Assembly (NCBI RefSeq): GCF_000143415.4
Contig: NW_003314314.1
Coordinates: forward strand, 132,318-196,317
Direction of reading: 5' to 3'
From: Selaginella moellendorffii
Lineage: Eukaryota > Plantae > Lycopodiophyta
Length of the DNA stretch: 64,000 nucleotides
Notes under the pieces: model-generated
Told to the model about the DNA's origin: nothing
Database searches by the model: none
Seen by the model: the letters and a program-made list of their open reading frames with translations, nothing else
In this document: in pieces, positions 13,700-28,224 of the stretch
Layout of the letters: each line of letters starts with the position of its first letter
How positions within the stretch are numbered: the stretch's first letter is position 1
Position numbers and translations under genes: made by a program

Positions 13700-14400
13700 C
13701 ATAAATGCCATTAGTAATTGTTGATTCTCCCTTAGCCCAAGTTGTCATGTAAGTCTGTCCTAATATGATGGAGCCCTTCAGCTTGCCAAATCCTAGCTGT
13801 TGGAAGTCCACAACAAGGAAATTTAGCATGGAAACCACTCCTTGCACCAAGATCTTGACATTCTAACAAATGTCTATAGGGACAATTCAGTGATTGGCAA
13901 ACATTTTGAGGATGACAACTGTGTTTGTCACCACTTCCAAGCAACTAAAAAGTGCCAAGTTGAGGGAGATGATGTTGCTCTGGGATCTAGAATCAAGTAA
14001 TGCTTGTGCTGTCAAAGATATATCACTGATGTGGACCTCCACAAAGAATGCTTTGGGATCATGAGTGGTCTGAGTGTTGATGATGTGCATGTCATGCTGA
14101 TGTTTCACGGGGATGCCTGTGGACTTGGCAAAAGCCTCCAGCTAAGGAGTAAAGCCGGGTACATATCGCAAAAGCTCACCAAGTATGATCTAGACTGGCA
14201 TGTCAACAATCTAAGCAAGAACCTCTTGTGGGACTCGAGAAAGAGTGGAGGGCAGCTGGGAGACCCCACATTGAAAGTTGGATGAATATCTGGTTGTTGG
14301 ATTTGAAGTTGTGGCCAAGGATGTGGGTGGCGTTGCAAATACTGAAGTATGGGGTAATTTGCATGCCATGAGAGATGGGGAAGTTCTAGAAACTAGAGCT
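13700..14400 (-). pseudogene. Decayed retrotransposon gag-end/aspartic protease fragment
   Basis: AQALLDSRSQSNIIS (DSG-like) and downstream IILG; upstream IVDMPV.IILGELLRYVP. Confidence 0.6.
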
Positions 14401-15943
14401 GGATCCTGCTCACCATCAATATTTGGGGTTAAAAGGAGAAACCTTCTTGTGCCCTTGAGTCATAGCAGCCATTTTATAACCGTCCTTTACAACATAAACT
14501 ATGTTAGCGTGTATTGGTGTCTTTCCACAGCTTGACGAAGGGGTGTCTTCAATCGCTTTCTACTCTAGTTGTTGCTGGTATTTATCTCTAGCCATGGAAG
14601 AAATATGTTGCTACTAGAAGTTGCTGTTGAACATGCTGAACAGAAGGTGGTCGAAGTTTTAAGTGAAGCTTCCAACATCTCTCTATGCTGTGTGTTGTAA
14701 CATCACAATGCGATTAAGTACCAAGAACGAGGAGGGAATCTCAGTCTCTCTACCTACTATAAGTGGCATACTCTAAGCTCCTCAAGTAGCTTCTCTTGCA
14801 TTTATCACTGTTGCTAGATGATCTCCTTGTATTTTGCAAGCTCTAACAATGCCTTCTCAATCATTGAGGGAACTCTATCATCATTGTGCAAGGCTGGAGA
14901 AGAATGGATCATGGTATCAAGAATGGATCATCCTTAAGTCCAATCTAACCCGAGGAGGGGGATTAGGAGAAAATTTACAAATTTGTAGATGGATGGTTAA
15001 CACTTTATTGCTCGTGCAGTAAATAGTTAAATCCAAGTAGAACCAAGTAGGAGATGGTGTAATAAATGGGGACCTTGGCAAGGGAACTTAACTAATGCCA
15101 AGGCAAAGGTGGTCGAATAGAAAAGATAAGTTGGCAAATTAGAAAAAAAATATTTATGACTTATATCAAATTCCAAACCCTTTGTGCAACAAAATGAAGA
15201 TTTGGTACGCACTTAATATCTTTTACGAACACTAACTCCCAATATCCAACTTTTGCATGTAAAATAGTATTAAATGGTGTTTAGCCCAATTTTGGCATAC
15301 TAGTGGCCTATAACAAAAAGGTGGATACCCCACTGACTAAAGCAACATGGAACTTGAGATTATTCCCAAGCTAGATGCAGAATCATGGCAATACAACCTA
15401 GCAGGAGCCAAATTAATATCTTAGATGCTTCCAAATACTATCTTTACTATACATTTAGAACCCCCCACAACCCCTCATCCCTCACCCTAGAAAAATGTAT
15501 GCTTTTAGGCTTTCACCCCAATCTTAAGAACTAGTTTATGGGATTTGAAAATTTACTAGATATGGAATAGAATTAAATTGTGAATTCGGATGTAGGAACA
15601 ACACTATGGCACTCTCTAGATTCCATAGATATGCCTTTTAGATAGATTTAACCACTTACTATAAATAGCACAAAGGACTGAATGGAACCAATACATAAGG
15701 TATGATAGTGAGGCTATTTGGTGGACACAATAAGTTATCATAAAGCATTATTGAGGAACTAAACACATGAGGGTTCTTGTCATTAGCTAGTGCAACATAT
15801 AACACATTTAGCTAATAATATATAAAAAATTTCACTAGCATAAGAGGAAACAATAATAAAGTGGTGCAATTGTATCGACCTTTATGGCAGAAGAGAGAGT
15901 GTCCAAAAGTACTAGTTAACAAGTATTTTTTGATACATGAAGC

Positions 15944-17652
15944 CACATTTATGATATTTTACAGTATATGCCCAATGTACATGATAGAATGATGCTAACT
16001 AGGCATAATTATACTAATTGTGAAATTTTGGAATTTGGTGAATATAAAGTTCTACTCGGACTTTTAATACAGAAAAATACACTAAGAATATTAGGAAATC
16101 CTCTTGATTGGAACTTTGGACACATCTAGAAAGATTGTTGTTGAGAAGAAACAAATTAATATCCTTGCAAGGATTTTATATTGCCAAAGTAACCTAGTGT
16201 TCTGGAGATTCTAGCATCTTTGTCAAATTCTTCTAGTCAAGCTGGGTAGACTCACTAGTCTATTCGTATTTAAAAGTGCCCTTATAATAAAGTTGGTTGG
16301 GCTCACTAGTCCTTCAGGAGTTTTTTTCTAAAATCTAAGAGCACTCGATTCCTCATGATTGTCAAGAGTCTATAATAGAAGCATGTGATTTTTAACTCTA
16401 TAACTTTCTTCTAGCCAATTCACCAAATTCACCTAGGTGTTAAGACCAAACATTACACAATACATAAAATATTGAACACATACCATCTACAAGATCTCTT
16501 CTAGTTATGATGTCTATAGGCAAAAATTTAAAACTATAGTTGAAATATAAAGAACAAATAAGCAATTAAAAACACAAAGGCTTTGATTTTCTTACTTTCC
16601 CAAACATTTCAATCAGCAATGTTAATTTAACTTTTTTTTGATCCCTTGGGCAGTTTTCCACCATAAAGGATTAAAGGATAATAGTAATATTGATGGGAGA
16701 GGGAGAGAAAATACAAAAGAAAGCCTTAAGAAAAGTAAAGAATAATTGAGTAAGTGAGTGTTGTGATGGAAAATAATATTGGCATTGCTGATTATGTCAG
16801 TGTTAAGGAGGACAAACCTCTACATAGCCATGATAATTAACATCATAGTAGGGAATTTTTAATCATTAGGCAGCAGTGCTTCTTTGTACTCACTCATGTT
16901 GGTGTTGTTGGAGTTTTTGCTTCACATAAATATCCTATTTAAATACTATGATTTATTAAACAATTAAAAAACTATATCTTTAATCTAATTTTAAATCCAT
17001 TTTATTTATTTAAAATATATAATTTTTATTACTTTTATTGTAAAAATTACTATAAAGTTTTTGATATTAATTGGTATATTGAGAACTTTAAAATATCATT
17101 ATTTTAATATTTTTAAGATAAAATATATATTATTATCAGCTAATGCAATTGTAAAAAATTTAGTAGTTGTATACCAGTCTGGTGTTATACTTTTAGAATA
17201 CCTTTATATTGTGTGTGTGTGTGTGTGTGTGTGTAACTAAATATATATTAAATTATAATATTTTCTCAAGAAACATAAAATAGTGAAACTAATAAAACTT
17301 TATTACAAATAAAAATTTGCTTTAAATATTAGCTTTTTTTATTTCATAGATTTTAAGAACCCATAAAAATATAAACTTGCAACATAATAACTAAATAAAG
17401 GAAAATGTCAAAGGCCAAATGTAAAGAGTAAAAATAATCAATTAATAATCAAATTTCTACTTGGATTACAATTCTCAATTTAATCAGTATTTAGTAGGAA
17501 CTTTTATTTATAATAACCAAACGAAGACAAGTGTTTCTACTTATCAATTTCCTATACAAGAGTATCTAAAAGAGTGCTTGTGTGTGGAGGCTGGTAAAAT
17601 GTTGCAATGCTGATCTATCTATCAAACTGCAAGAAATTGCAGAGGTGAAGGG
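15944..17652. repeat. Segmental duplication, copy 2
   Basis: Matches 5307-6930, with one ~190-bp internal inversion and a ~75-bp indel. Confidence 0.92.
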
Positions 17653-19259
17653 AAGTCTCTTGCCAATTGTTACAAGTGCGATGGCCTTTAGACTCTCGTT
17701 CACGATTTGAAGCTTTCTTTGATGCTCACGAACAGCAATCTTACAAGTTTGATTGGTGGCGACGTGCAGAAATTTAGTTTTTTTCCCATACAATGGTAAC
17801 AACTTTGACTGTCTGGAAGGAGGTGGGCAAGCCTTTTCCCTTTTCATCCGCTTATGACCTTCTAGACCAAGTCAAATGGCTTTATACCATATGGAACAAC
17901 TGGAGGTGCGTACATATTAGCTCCTGAGTTCTTGCTCTAACGTGGTGTCGTGGTGTCGTGTGCCTGGGTGCCTAGAAAGTCGAACACCTTCGCTATCACC
18001 ATCGTTACCCCACAGTCCAGCAGGAGATTTAAGGCAAAGCGTCCTTTATCAACGTGCACGTCTTCAAAGGCTTTGGAATTCTTCTAGTCTCATGTGATTT
18101 TGCTTTTCCCAGAACCACTGGAGGTTCTTGTTAATAGTATGACTCTCATCATTGTTTTTTCTTGTTTCGTTCTTTTTATTTCACAGGTGGAGTTGCTAAA
18201 CTACCAGTGGATTGAAGATCGTTCATTTGGTCGGGTCGGTTCAAATTTACATGCTATGTGATGGTAATGCATGTAAGATCTTATTTTCCTGAGCTGGATT
18301 TGTTTTTCCATTTTTTAATCAAGTTACGGGGACAAACTGATCAGGAATCCTTGCAAACGTACAAGAAGATCCACGATGTTAGAGACAAGTCTACAGATTG
18401 CAAATACTCGGCCTACATGGTAAAGTTCACGAGTTTTTCGGGGGATGCCTTGCCAAGCGGCCGCGCCGCCAAGCCCTAGCGTGCTCTAGGTATCATCTTG
18501 TTGCTAAGATCAAAGTCGGATCTCGGACCTTTCAGAGATTCAAACATTATAAATTTGAACATTAAATCATCCTTTTTACAGCTAAATCAAAGAAAATGAT
18601 ATGAAAAAAACTATCACGAGTCTGAACTATTCCGCTGCTCACTGCTCTTTAGCTGCTTCCACTTTTCTTTTTGAAGCTGCTGCCCCTGCTTGGTTTAAGA
18701 AATTTTTCGTCTTTAAGCTGCTCAATCTTAGCTGTTTCAGCCTGCTCCCTTTCTCTCCAAGTTTTAAAATCATCTTACAGTTTTCCATTCCCACTTGCTC
18801 GATTCTTATGATCTCTGACGCTGGTTTTATCTTTCGCAGCCTCCTATGATCTGGACCAAGTTGGCAGTCAGACTATTTTCCAAATAGAAAAGAAACATAA
18901 TCTCTCAAGGTTATTTACTCACAAGTTGGCCAGAATAAGCAGCTCCTTAGCGTAGTCTCTGAGATGTTTTATTTATTTAGTCTCGAAGAGACGGCCTCCA
19001 ACGATCTGGACCAAGTTGGAGCTCAGAAGATATTCCACCAGAGGAGAAAATTAAAAAACAAAAAAAATACCATAGGATTTGTTGCTGATACTAAAGGAGC
19101 TACCATCACAATTTGTGTGTCGCTGCAGCTTGCTTCTTCTGTTTAACAACACGGATGAAATGAATGGAAGAGGAAAAAGCGAATGACTCTACGTACCCTC
19201 AGTCCACATTTCTCGATTGTAAAGGTGGCCATTGAACCTCTGAATCGCTTTCTTCGAGT

Positions 19260-22200
19260 TCGAGATCATCTTGCCATCATCATCTTCTATCATCCAAGCA
19301 CCTGTAAGAGTGATACTGGACAGCATTGAAGCTCTCGTCCCGTTTCCGTCAACTAGAGAGCTTTGTCTTTGATCCGTCTTGGCATCTCATCTTCTCCTTC
19401 ATCTCGCTGTTCTCACGCCAACGTTTGATGGACTCTTCTCCACTCGGCTGGCTGACTGCTCCGATCTCGGCCACTGTCTCGGCGAGCTCCGCTTGAGAAG
19501 CCCAGATCTTGACAAAATTATCTGCTATCTCCCGATTGATCAAGATATCTCCGAAACTTTGGAGTCGAGGGAGGATATCTCCTTGAAGAGGTTGATCTTC
19601 TCTTGACTTAGAAGTGTGGAGACTGGTCTCTGGCGCTTTGGAGGCTTGCTACTGCTTCCCTGCGCTGCTCGAGCTGTCAGTACTTGGCTTGCACCTCTGT
19701 TCTGTATTTGACTCTCGAGAGCTGGTTACTTCTTGAACTTCCATTCTCGTTTCTTCGACATGCTTAGAACCTCTGGCAGTTAGGGAATGCTTCCGCCACT
19801 TCAGGCCTTGATCGTGCTGAGAAGCTTGAGCGGAAGCATGCAAAAACACAGCTTCCTGCGAAGCCAGATGCTCCTTCTTGTCGCATGTAGCGTCCATCTG
19901 ATCCGTCAAACCTCTGGAGCGCGGCGCTCCATGTGCTCTCACATCGGTTCTCCTCGGCTTGTCTTCTTCATCCTTCAGAGCTCCTCGCCCAAAGCTTTGC
20001 TGTGCATCTGGCACGTCGCTCTCTCCTCCAGCGCCTCGAGTCCCGTGATCCTCTCCATCAGCTGCCAGTTACTTGCTTCTCCAGCCTCGCCTTTGCGCTT
20101 CCAAACTCCGCCATCACGTGCTCTTGCCGAGAGCTCCACCTCGTGCAGCGGATTCGACTCCGTCAGCCATTATCCCCTGGGGCTTCTCCTTCAAGAACTC
20201 CTGTCCGAACACTTCCCTCATTCCACCAGATGACAGAGAACGTCTAGCGTAGTCTGTCTTATAGTCTCCACAGCCATCCGAAACCCCAGTCACGAGCAGC
20301 TTCAGCTATATCGTCTTCTCGCCATCTTGCAGCCATCTGACACTGGTTTACGTCGTTCCTCGCTACTATCATGGACAGCCTTACCGCAGCAGGCGCTCCT
20401 GAATCATCTCCATCCACTGGAAAGCCGATAAGATAGATTCGTCCTTGCTCCAGACACTGTAGAGTGTAGCCCAACTTGATCCATTGATCCTCTCTTGACT
20501 TAGAAGAGTATGGAGGCGGGTTAGATGCGGAAGTTTGATGGACTCTGCTGCACTTCCAGCCGACTGCTCTGCCTGGAGCCTCGTCAACCACCACTTTCGA
20601 CTCTCCATCTCGGCCACCATCTTCCGAAACTTTCAATTCCAGTCGTTGATCTTCCCTCGACTTAGATTGTGGAGACTGGTCTCTAGCTCAGACTTGACGC
20701 TTTAGTGACCTGCTACTGTGGTGCTCGACTTGCTTGGATATTTGGCCACAGCTCCAAGTTTTCCCACTCCAACTTTTGGATTTGATTTCCCTTGAAGCAA
20801 TCTGACACTGAGTTCTTTGCTGATACTTTCATCCGAGCAGCTGTATGAGCATTCCTGGACAGCCCTGACCCGTTTTCAAAGTCTCCGTCAACTAGAGAGC
20901 TCTACCAGATGACAGAGAACGTCGAGCGTATTCTGTCTTATAGTCTCTGCAGCCCTCTCTGTGAATCCAAATACCCCCACTGTCATGAGCAGCTTCAACT
21001 ATATCATATTCTCACCATCACCATCTCGTTGCAGTCGTTCCCTTGCTACTATTCCTTCAAGCTGTGAACATTATACCGCAGCAGTATCTCCTGTCTCATC
21101 TCTGTCGACTGGAAAGCTGATAAGATAGATCCCTCCTTGCTCCAGACACTGTAGAGTGTAGTCAAACTTGATCCATTGATCTTCTCTTGACTTAGAAGAG
21201 TGTGGACGCTGGTCGCTGGCCTGTTTAGACGCCTGAAGTGTGATGGACTTCTCTGCCTGGAGCCCCGAGACACAGTCGTCACGTGCTGCTTTCACGTCTT
21301 GGACAGCTGCAAATCTTTGGAGTCGAGTCCTCGAGAAGGTCAATCTTCTCTCAACTTAACTGGTCTATAGCTTTAGTGGCTTCCTACTGTGCTGCTCAAC
21401 TTGCTTGGAGATCCAACTTCTGGATTTGACTCTTGAGAGTTGGCTTCTCCGATGCTAGAGTCCGAGCACTGGCCTCCAGTTGACCAATCCTTGCAGCCAA
21501 CTTCTCGAGCTCGGAGCCAACTTCATTTCTCGTTTCTTCGACATGCTTAGAACAGTTTGCTCGTGTTCTCTTCTCAGGTAAACCCAGGGTCTAGTCGTCT
21601 TAGAGTTCGCTCCAGCCCGGCCGATCATCTTCTCGCCATCATGGTTCCGACAAAACAAACACTCATCGTTCACTTCAGCTCTCTACAACAAACACGGAAG
21701 TTATGGCCATCTGGAATCTGGAAGGTATATCAAACTTACCTGTCTCCTCTTGAATTCTGCAACAAAATCTCTCCCCACACGATCATATAGTTCTTTTGCC
21801 TCCTTCACGAAGACCACCTCGCCGGACTGAAGCTTCTTCCACGGTTTCCTCTCACTCGGGATCCTATCCAGCATTTTCTGGAGCCTCATCATCTTCCGCG
21901 CTCGCTTGATCCTCTCTCGGTCGCTGGATTTGCCGTTGAGCTCCTCGTAAAGCTGCTCGGTGAGTCTGATCAGAATCCGGAGCGCACTAACACTCCAAGA
22001 CTTTTCCTCGTACTTCTCCTCTTCTGTTTCCTCGCGCTTTTCCTCTTCCAAGCTGCGGATCTTCTTCTCGGTTTTTCCCCTCTGGTTTAGCCACCGATTT
22101 ACCTTGTGGAGAGCTTCGAGATACGCGAACTCAACATAGCCCCCTCGGCCATCGCTAAGATGGGTTTCACTCCGCCGTCGGGTGCCGTCGGGAAGAATGT

Positions 22201-23254
22201 CCTCCGCTGAGGAAGAGAAGCGAACCATCTTCGGCCTGGAACCTGCAAGTCCAGAAGGCCATCGTGAGTCACAGTAGAAGAAGAATGCGAGAAGCAAAAG
22301 GAACCATACCTGGACGACGACCCCCGGCTGGCAGTAGAATTGGCTTGGGTCGCTGCTCCTCCTGCTTGGGCTTGTCATTCTCCTGCTGCTTCATCTTCTC
22401 TTGATCGTCTTCCCGTTCCAGAGGCTGCTTGATCGGCTTGATCATCTGCTCCTCCTCTTGTTCCAGCTGCTGCTTGATCGGCTTGATCATCTGCTCCTCC
22501 TCTTGTTCCAGCTGCTGCTTCATCGGCTTCATCCGCTGCTCCTCCTCCTGTTCCTGCTCTTGCTTGATCGGCTTGATCGGCTTGATCGGCTGATTCGGCT
22601 GATTCTTCTCCTCTCGTTCCAGCTGCGGCTGCTCCTTGTGACCTTGCTCCTGTTTCACCTCGCGCCTGAGTTCCTTCGTCTCATGGGCTTCTTTCTCCTG
22701 CTCCTCCTCGCTCAGCTGCTCAGCTTTCTTCTCTTGCTCCTCCTCCTTCAGCTGCTTCTCGGCTTCCTTTTCCTCCTCTTCTTCCAGCTTCATCGGCTTC
22801 ATCTGATCGGCTTCTTTCTCCTCCTCGTTCACCTGCTCGGCTTTCTTCTCTTCCTTCAGCTGCTCCGCTTTCTTCTCTTGATTCTCCTCTTCGTCCTCCT
22901 TCTCTTGTTCCGGCTTGATCGGCTTGATCGGCTCNNNNNNNNNNNNNNNNNNNNNNNNNNNNNNNNNNNNNNNNNNNNNNNNNNNNNNNNNNNNNNNNNN
23001 NNNNNNNNNNNNNNNNNNNNNNNNNNNNNNNNNNGATTTTCACCTCGTGCCTGAGTTCCTTCACTTCAGGCGGCGGCGTCCATGGCTTCTCCCGAGACGG
23101 CCTCACAGACACGATCTTGGACCTTCAGCTTCGAGGCCGCCGCGTCCATGGCTTCCGGGTGGACCTTGTTGTCGCCCTTGTGCGCCTTTTTTGGTCGAAA
23201 GAGAGACCACAAACCTGTGACGCATCCACTGCGCTCCTGCTCTGTTCGCGCCAT
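19260..23254 (-). pseudogene. Lineage-specific coiled-coil, E/Q/K-rich multi-exon gene, partly decayed, spanning an N gap
   Basis: ATG 23254 (MARTEQERSGCVTGLWSLF...), IKPIKQQLEQEEEQM repeats, short GT-AG introns (~22309-22245, donor ~21739), a long exon 21740-22244 and degenerate internal duplications further 3'. No recognisable domain. Confidence 0.55.
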
Positions 23255-23779
23255 AGCTTGCCCTTTGCAAAATGCCTTTAATGCCCTAACCCTTACTAAA
23301 TCTATTTCACTTTAATGCGTTCGTTTACATTTCTCGGCAGTGACTTAGGCAGCGCCCGGGCTCTTGAAACTCAGACACGCTGGAACCAGCTCACAGGCTG
23401 CATCCCAGAAGATGTTTACACACTCTCATCTCTCAATATCTAGACTTGAGTCTGGAACAAGTCCCTGGAGCTGGTTTCTAATGCTTCCAGCTTGAGAGTG
23501 CTGATCAAACCAGCTACCAGATACCATCTGACCTCAGTAAACTTTCCAGAAGAAAACAAAGAAACGAGATGGTAGCTATAGTAAGTACAGTCTTTGTGTG
23601 CTTTCTTTGTTGGTGAATGTTTAGATGCTTACCCTAGATGTGCCATTCTTAACATGCAAACTTCCTGACATGACAAAACTTCAAGAGCATTGAATTCACA
23701 AGGTAAGTGCTCTCTATCATTCTCCTTAAAGCTTATGCTTTACGTCATGCAGGAAAATGCAAGTCAATTTTGGTCATGT

Positions 23780-24001
23780 TTGTTGTTGAGCTGCATCTTG
23801 TTACCAAGCACACATACTTCTGCCACCAATTTGCTTTTTGAAACTGTTGTATGACATTGAATTTAGCAGACACAAAACTTTTTATTTGTTCTTTTTTAGA
23901 TACAACGTCCTATGAGTCCATTCTGAGTTCATCGTCAAGCTCAGGTGGTTCAGAGGAAGGAGGAGAAGCTGTTTTTAGTGATGGAGAGCATGTGGAGTTC
24001 G
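23780..24001 (+). repeat. Duplicated segment (paralog ~27010-27240) with short acidic exon-like piece
   Basis: Near-identical sequence encoding ..SYESILSSSSSSGGSEEGGEAVFSDGEHVEF. Confidence 0.8.
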
Positions 24002-24891
24002 NNNNNNNNNNNNNNNNNNNNNNNNNNNNNNNNNNNNNNNNNNNNNNNNNNNNNNNNNNNNNNNNNNNNNNNNNNNNNNNNNNNNNNNNNNNNNNNNNNN
24101 NNNNNNNNNNNNNNNNNNNNNNNNNNNNNNNNNNNNNNNNNNNNNNNNNNNNNNNNNNNNNNNNNNNNNNNNNNNNNNNNNNNNNNNNNNNNNNNNNNNN
24201 NNNNNNNNNNNNNNNNNNNNNNNNNNNNNNNNNNNNNNNNNNNNNNNNNNNNNNNNNNNNNNNNNNNNNNNNNNNNNNNNNNNNNNNNNNNNNNNNNNNN
24301 NNNNNNNNNNNNNNNNNNNNNNNNNNNNNNNNNNNNNNNNNNNNNNNNNNNNNNNNNNNNNNNNNNNNNNNNNNNNNNNNNNNNNNNNNNNNNNNNNNNN
24401 NNNNNNNNNNNNNNNNNNNNNNNNNNNNNNNNNNNNNNNNNNNNNNNNNNNNNNNNNNNNNNNNNNNNNNNNNNNNNNNNNNNNNNNNNNNNNNNNNNNN
24501 NNNNNNNNNNNNNNNNNNNNNNNNNNNNNNNNNNNNNNNNNNNNNNNNNNNNNNNNNNNNNNNNNNNNNNNNNNNNNNNNNNNNNNNNNNNNNNNNNNNN
24601 NNNNNNNNNNNNNNNNNNNNNNNNNNNNNNNNNNNNNNNNNNNNNNNNNNNNNNNNNNNNNNNNNNNNNNNNNNNNNNNNNNNNNNNNNNNNNNNNNNNN
24701 NNNNNNNNNNNNNNNNNNNNNNNNNNNNNNNNNNNNNNNNNNNNNNNNNNNNNNNNNNNNNNNNNNNNNNNNNNNNNNNNNNNNNNNNNNNNNNNNNNNN
24801 NNNNNNNNNNNNNNNNNNNNNNNNNNNNNNNNNNNNNNNNNNNNNNNNNNNNNNNNNNNNNNNNNNNNNNNNNNNNNNNNNNNNNNNNNNN

Positions 24892-25819
24892 TGGACCACA
24901 AAGCAACTCCCAAGTATATAGCCCAAGGAGTGAAGGGATAGGAGCCTAGAGTGACTTGGAACAGTTTTAGAGCAACCAACATCCTAATGACAGGATCAAC
25001 AATCAAAACGGAGCTAAACGGAGTCTAGTGCTATTTTGGCATACCGGTGGCTTAACATAAAGACATGGGTATTTCACCAGTTAGCATGGTGTGGAACTTG
25101 GGCTTAGACCTAAGCCAAATGCAAAACAAAGACAAACATGTAAGTAGGAGTTAAACTATACCTCAGGTTGATCGGCTATGCACGACCTACCCACTATCCC
25201 TACTATACATTTAGAACCCCCATAGCCTCCCTCCCCCCCCTTTGAGGAACACACGCTTTGGGCTTTCACCCCAAGCCTCCCTTAGTACCAGAAGTTAGTC
25301 TCTAGAACAAGCTTGAAACTTACTAAATATGGAATGTTCTTAGATTGCAAATTTGGACACGAGACGAACATCATTGTGTTTATGAGAATCTCTACATTCC
25401 GTAGATATGCCAAATAAGTAAATTTAGACACTTTTTATAAATAACATTTGGGACCAAAATGAGACTAACACAAAAGGTATGATAGCAAGGGTGTTTGGCA
25501 GACACGATAAGCTATCATCTAAAAATATTGAGGGACCAAGCTCAATATTGCGGGGGTTCTTAATACTAGCAAGTATAAGCCAATGACACAAGTTTCTTAA
25601 ACTAGGTCGAGTATGCTCAGCAAGAAACACATAGGGGTTCCTACTTTATATTTATCCAATCTAAGTGCATGGTTATTGATCAATTTCTCAACTAGCCCAA
25701 GTGAGAATTGATAACAGGTCCAACAATACTGACCTCCTGCTATTGTGGCAGTAAGGAAATTGTGTCCGTAAGGACTAGCCGACAAGTAACTTTCGATACC
25801 CAAAGTCACATTCGTGACA
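24892..25819 (-). mobile_element. LTR family B copy (reverse), truncated by gap; a more diverged copy lies at ~15200-15800
   Basis: Ends in cacattcgTGACA, the reverse complement of the LTR start TGTCACGAATGTG. Confidence 0.8.
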
Positions 25820-28224
25820 ACTTTATACTCCACATAACATTACTATTATCTCATTTATATGTGGCAGAAGTGTNNNNNNNNNNNNNNNNNNNNNNNNNNN
25901 NNNNNNNNNNNNNNNNNNNNNNNNNNNNNNNNNNNNNNNNNNNNNNNNNNNNNNNNNNNNNNNNNNNNNNNNNGGTTGATCTATTGATTATTTTGCCCGA
26001 AAACCATTCCGTTTTTGTAAGCCTGTACAAATTAGTGAAGGGGGTGAAGTTGACTTCTGTTGGATTAAACCTTAGTAGGTAATTTGTATGATGCAGCTTG
26101 AAAGGGATACTAACTTTTGGGGTTAAGGCAATTGAGTTGGATAGAGTCTAGAGTTGGTGTAAAAAAGTGGCCGTTGCGCTTTTTTTAAAAAATGATCCTT
26201 ATGCCTTTCTTCTGTAGCATTGTGCTTGGTGGTAGGTTACACCTTGCATTTTATTAAACTTTATGAGAGCAATGAGCTCTCACTGATCTTGATTTGGTCT
26301 TGGTGGCCTTGCACCTTGGCTGAGGATGGTGATGTCTAACTTAGTTGTTTAAGGTTGAGATGTTGGTATCTATACTATAGCTTTGTCTATAAGGAGATTG
26401 TGTACCGATATGAGTCCATTTCATGGTCTTCACTTTAGTTTCGACTAAGTGTTGATCATGCATAGCTAGCCTCTTCAAGGCATGCTCAGAGCTATGTCCA
26501 TGAACCTTTATCCTGTACCTGAGGTATTACGTTCATGTTGAACAAGTATATGACTTGATGACAAGAGTTGGTGTTTGGGTCTTGTGAAGGTAAGTTGAAG
26601 AGTGATTGTTAGTTGCTTTGTGATTAGTGATTACTTGTAGACTTTGTCAAAGGCTTTTGACACTTGTTTCACTTGATGATGATTTAGCAGTGATGGGCTT
26701 GCTTTACCAAATGGTGTTGCGGAGAATCGTATCGTTAGTGTTATATGGGTTTTCCATGTTGGCATGACGACTCTACCTTTATTGATATCATTTGGTTGCA
26801 TTTAGTTCGTAGTATTGGATTACATTGAGTCTTGGATGTGGTGAATCACTTCTTGATTACGTGTTAACTATAGTTGAGTATTATTGAAAGTTTAGTCTTG
26901 GATACTGAGTAAAGTATCTTTGATATTGGTTAACTTAGTTGCAAGAAAGTATTGAGTGGTGATTCACTCTTGCTTTCTTTTAGCTTTGTTATGGTGTTGA
27001 TGGCAATTTTTTCATGTTTGCTGTCGAGATATGTCTTGTTACCAAGCACGCATACATCTGCTGCCAATTTGCTTTTTGAAACTGTTGTATAATATTGAAT
27101 TTAGTAGACACAAAACTTTTTATTTGTTCTTTTTTAGATACAATGTCCTATGAGTCCATTTTGAGTTCATTGTCAAGCTCAAGTGGTTCAGAGAAAGGAG
27201 GAGAAGTTGTTTTTAGTGATGGAGAGCATGTGGAGTTCAAGGACAATATTAGGGATGATGTTGTTGCTTATATGGTGGAAGAATCGTCATCAAATGGAGA
27301 TCAAGATGCATAGAAACTTATTTTTGGTCTCAAGAAGATACTTGATTTCAGCCATATCCCACTAAAGAAACAATCTTGAATTCTGAATAAAGAAGAATAG
27401 TATTTCTATGTATTATAAACAATGCTTTGTGAGGGATGCAAGTTCTTCAACTTCCCAACTTAAACAACTTCAAATAATACACTGTTATGACCTAGCATTA
27501 AATAACAAAGACAAAGACATTTGACCTGCATAAACTATGTTATGCCTTCTCTTGAGGTTCCTTTAATTATTCTATATATAGTTGAGTTATCAAATAGTGA
27601 TTAAAAGTCTCTTCCTTTAATCAGAATAGTCTTTTTTGTCATCTTTACTTTGCAAATTTTGCAACTTTTTAGTATTCAACTTAATGCTAATAAAAGATTA
27701 ACTATTCTTTTTTCTTTATTACTTATTCTTCAATTGTGAATAATCAATTTTATAATATCCAAGTTCACCACAATGATGACATAAATTGGTGATGATCATA
27801 AATTTGGAATCTAACTTGCCACAACACTTGATACAATCCTTTCTACTAAGCAAAGAGCCCTTTAGGTAAATTATATACTGTAAATTTGGAAAAATAAACA
27901 AATACCAATCATCCACTTTATACTCCAGATATGGATAATAATGAGAATTATAACATTGCTATTGTCTCATTTATATATGGCAGAAGTGTTTAACAAACTT
28001 CGCTCCAAATAGTTATAAGTAACCAAAGGGAACGACTCGAGAGATGATCTATAGAGGTTCAAATATAAAAGGAAAGGGCCCATGAAATAGAGTGCACCCC
28101 CTTTTCCAATTGGTTAAGGGTCTTGGGATATTTGGGGTGAAGCATCTTTGGGTTTGAATAGTACTGGGTTGGGTGGTGACCTTCCGGGAAGTTCAAATTC
28201 AGAAGCTTACAATAGTGCAAAAGT

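Noticed and set aside
17600-18500. Possible small-exon gene remnant
   Set aside because: Splice-like signals are present, but I found no consistent frame or recognisable product.
23851-25006. ORFs spanning N runs (also 11121-11875, 22401-23220, 25708-26082)
   Set aside because: Artefacts of assembly gaps.
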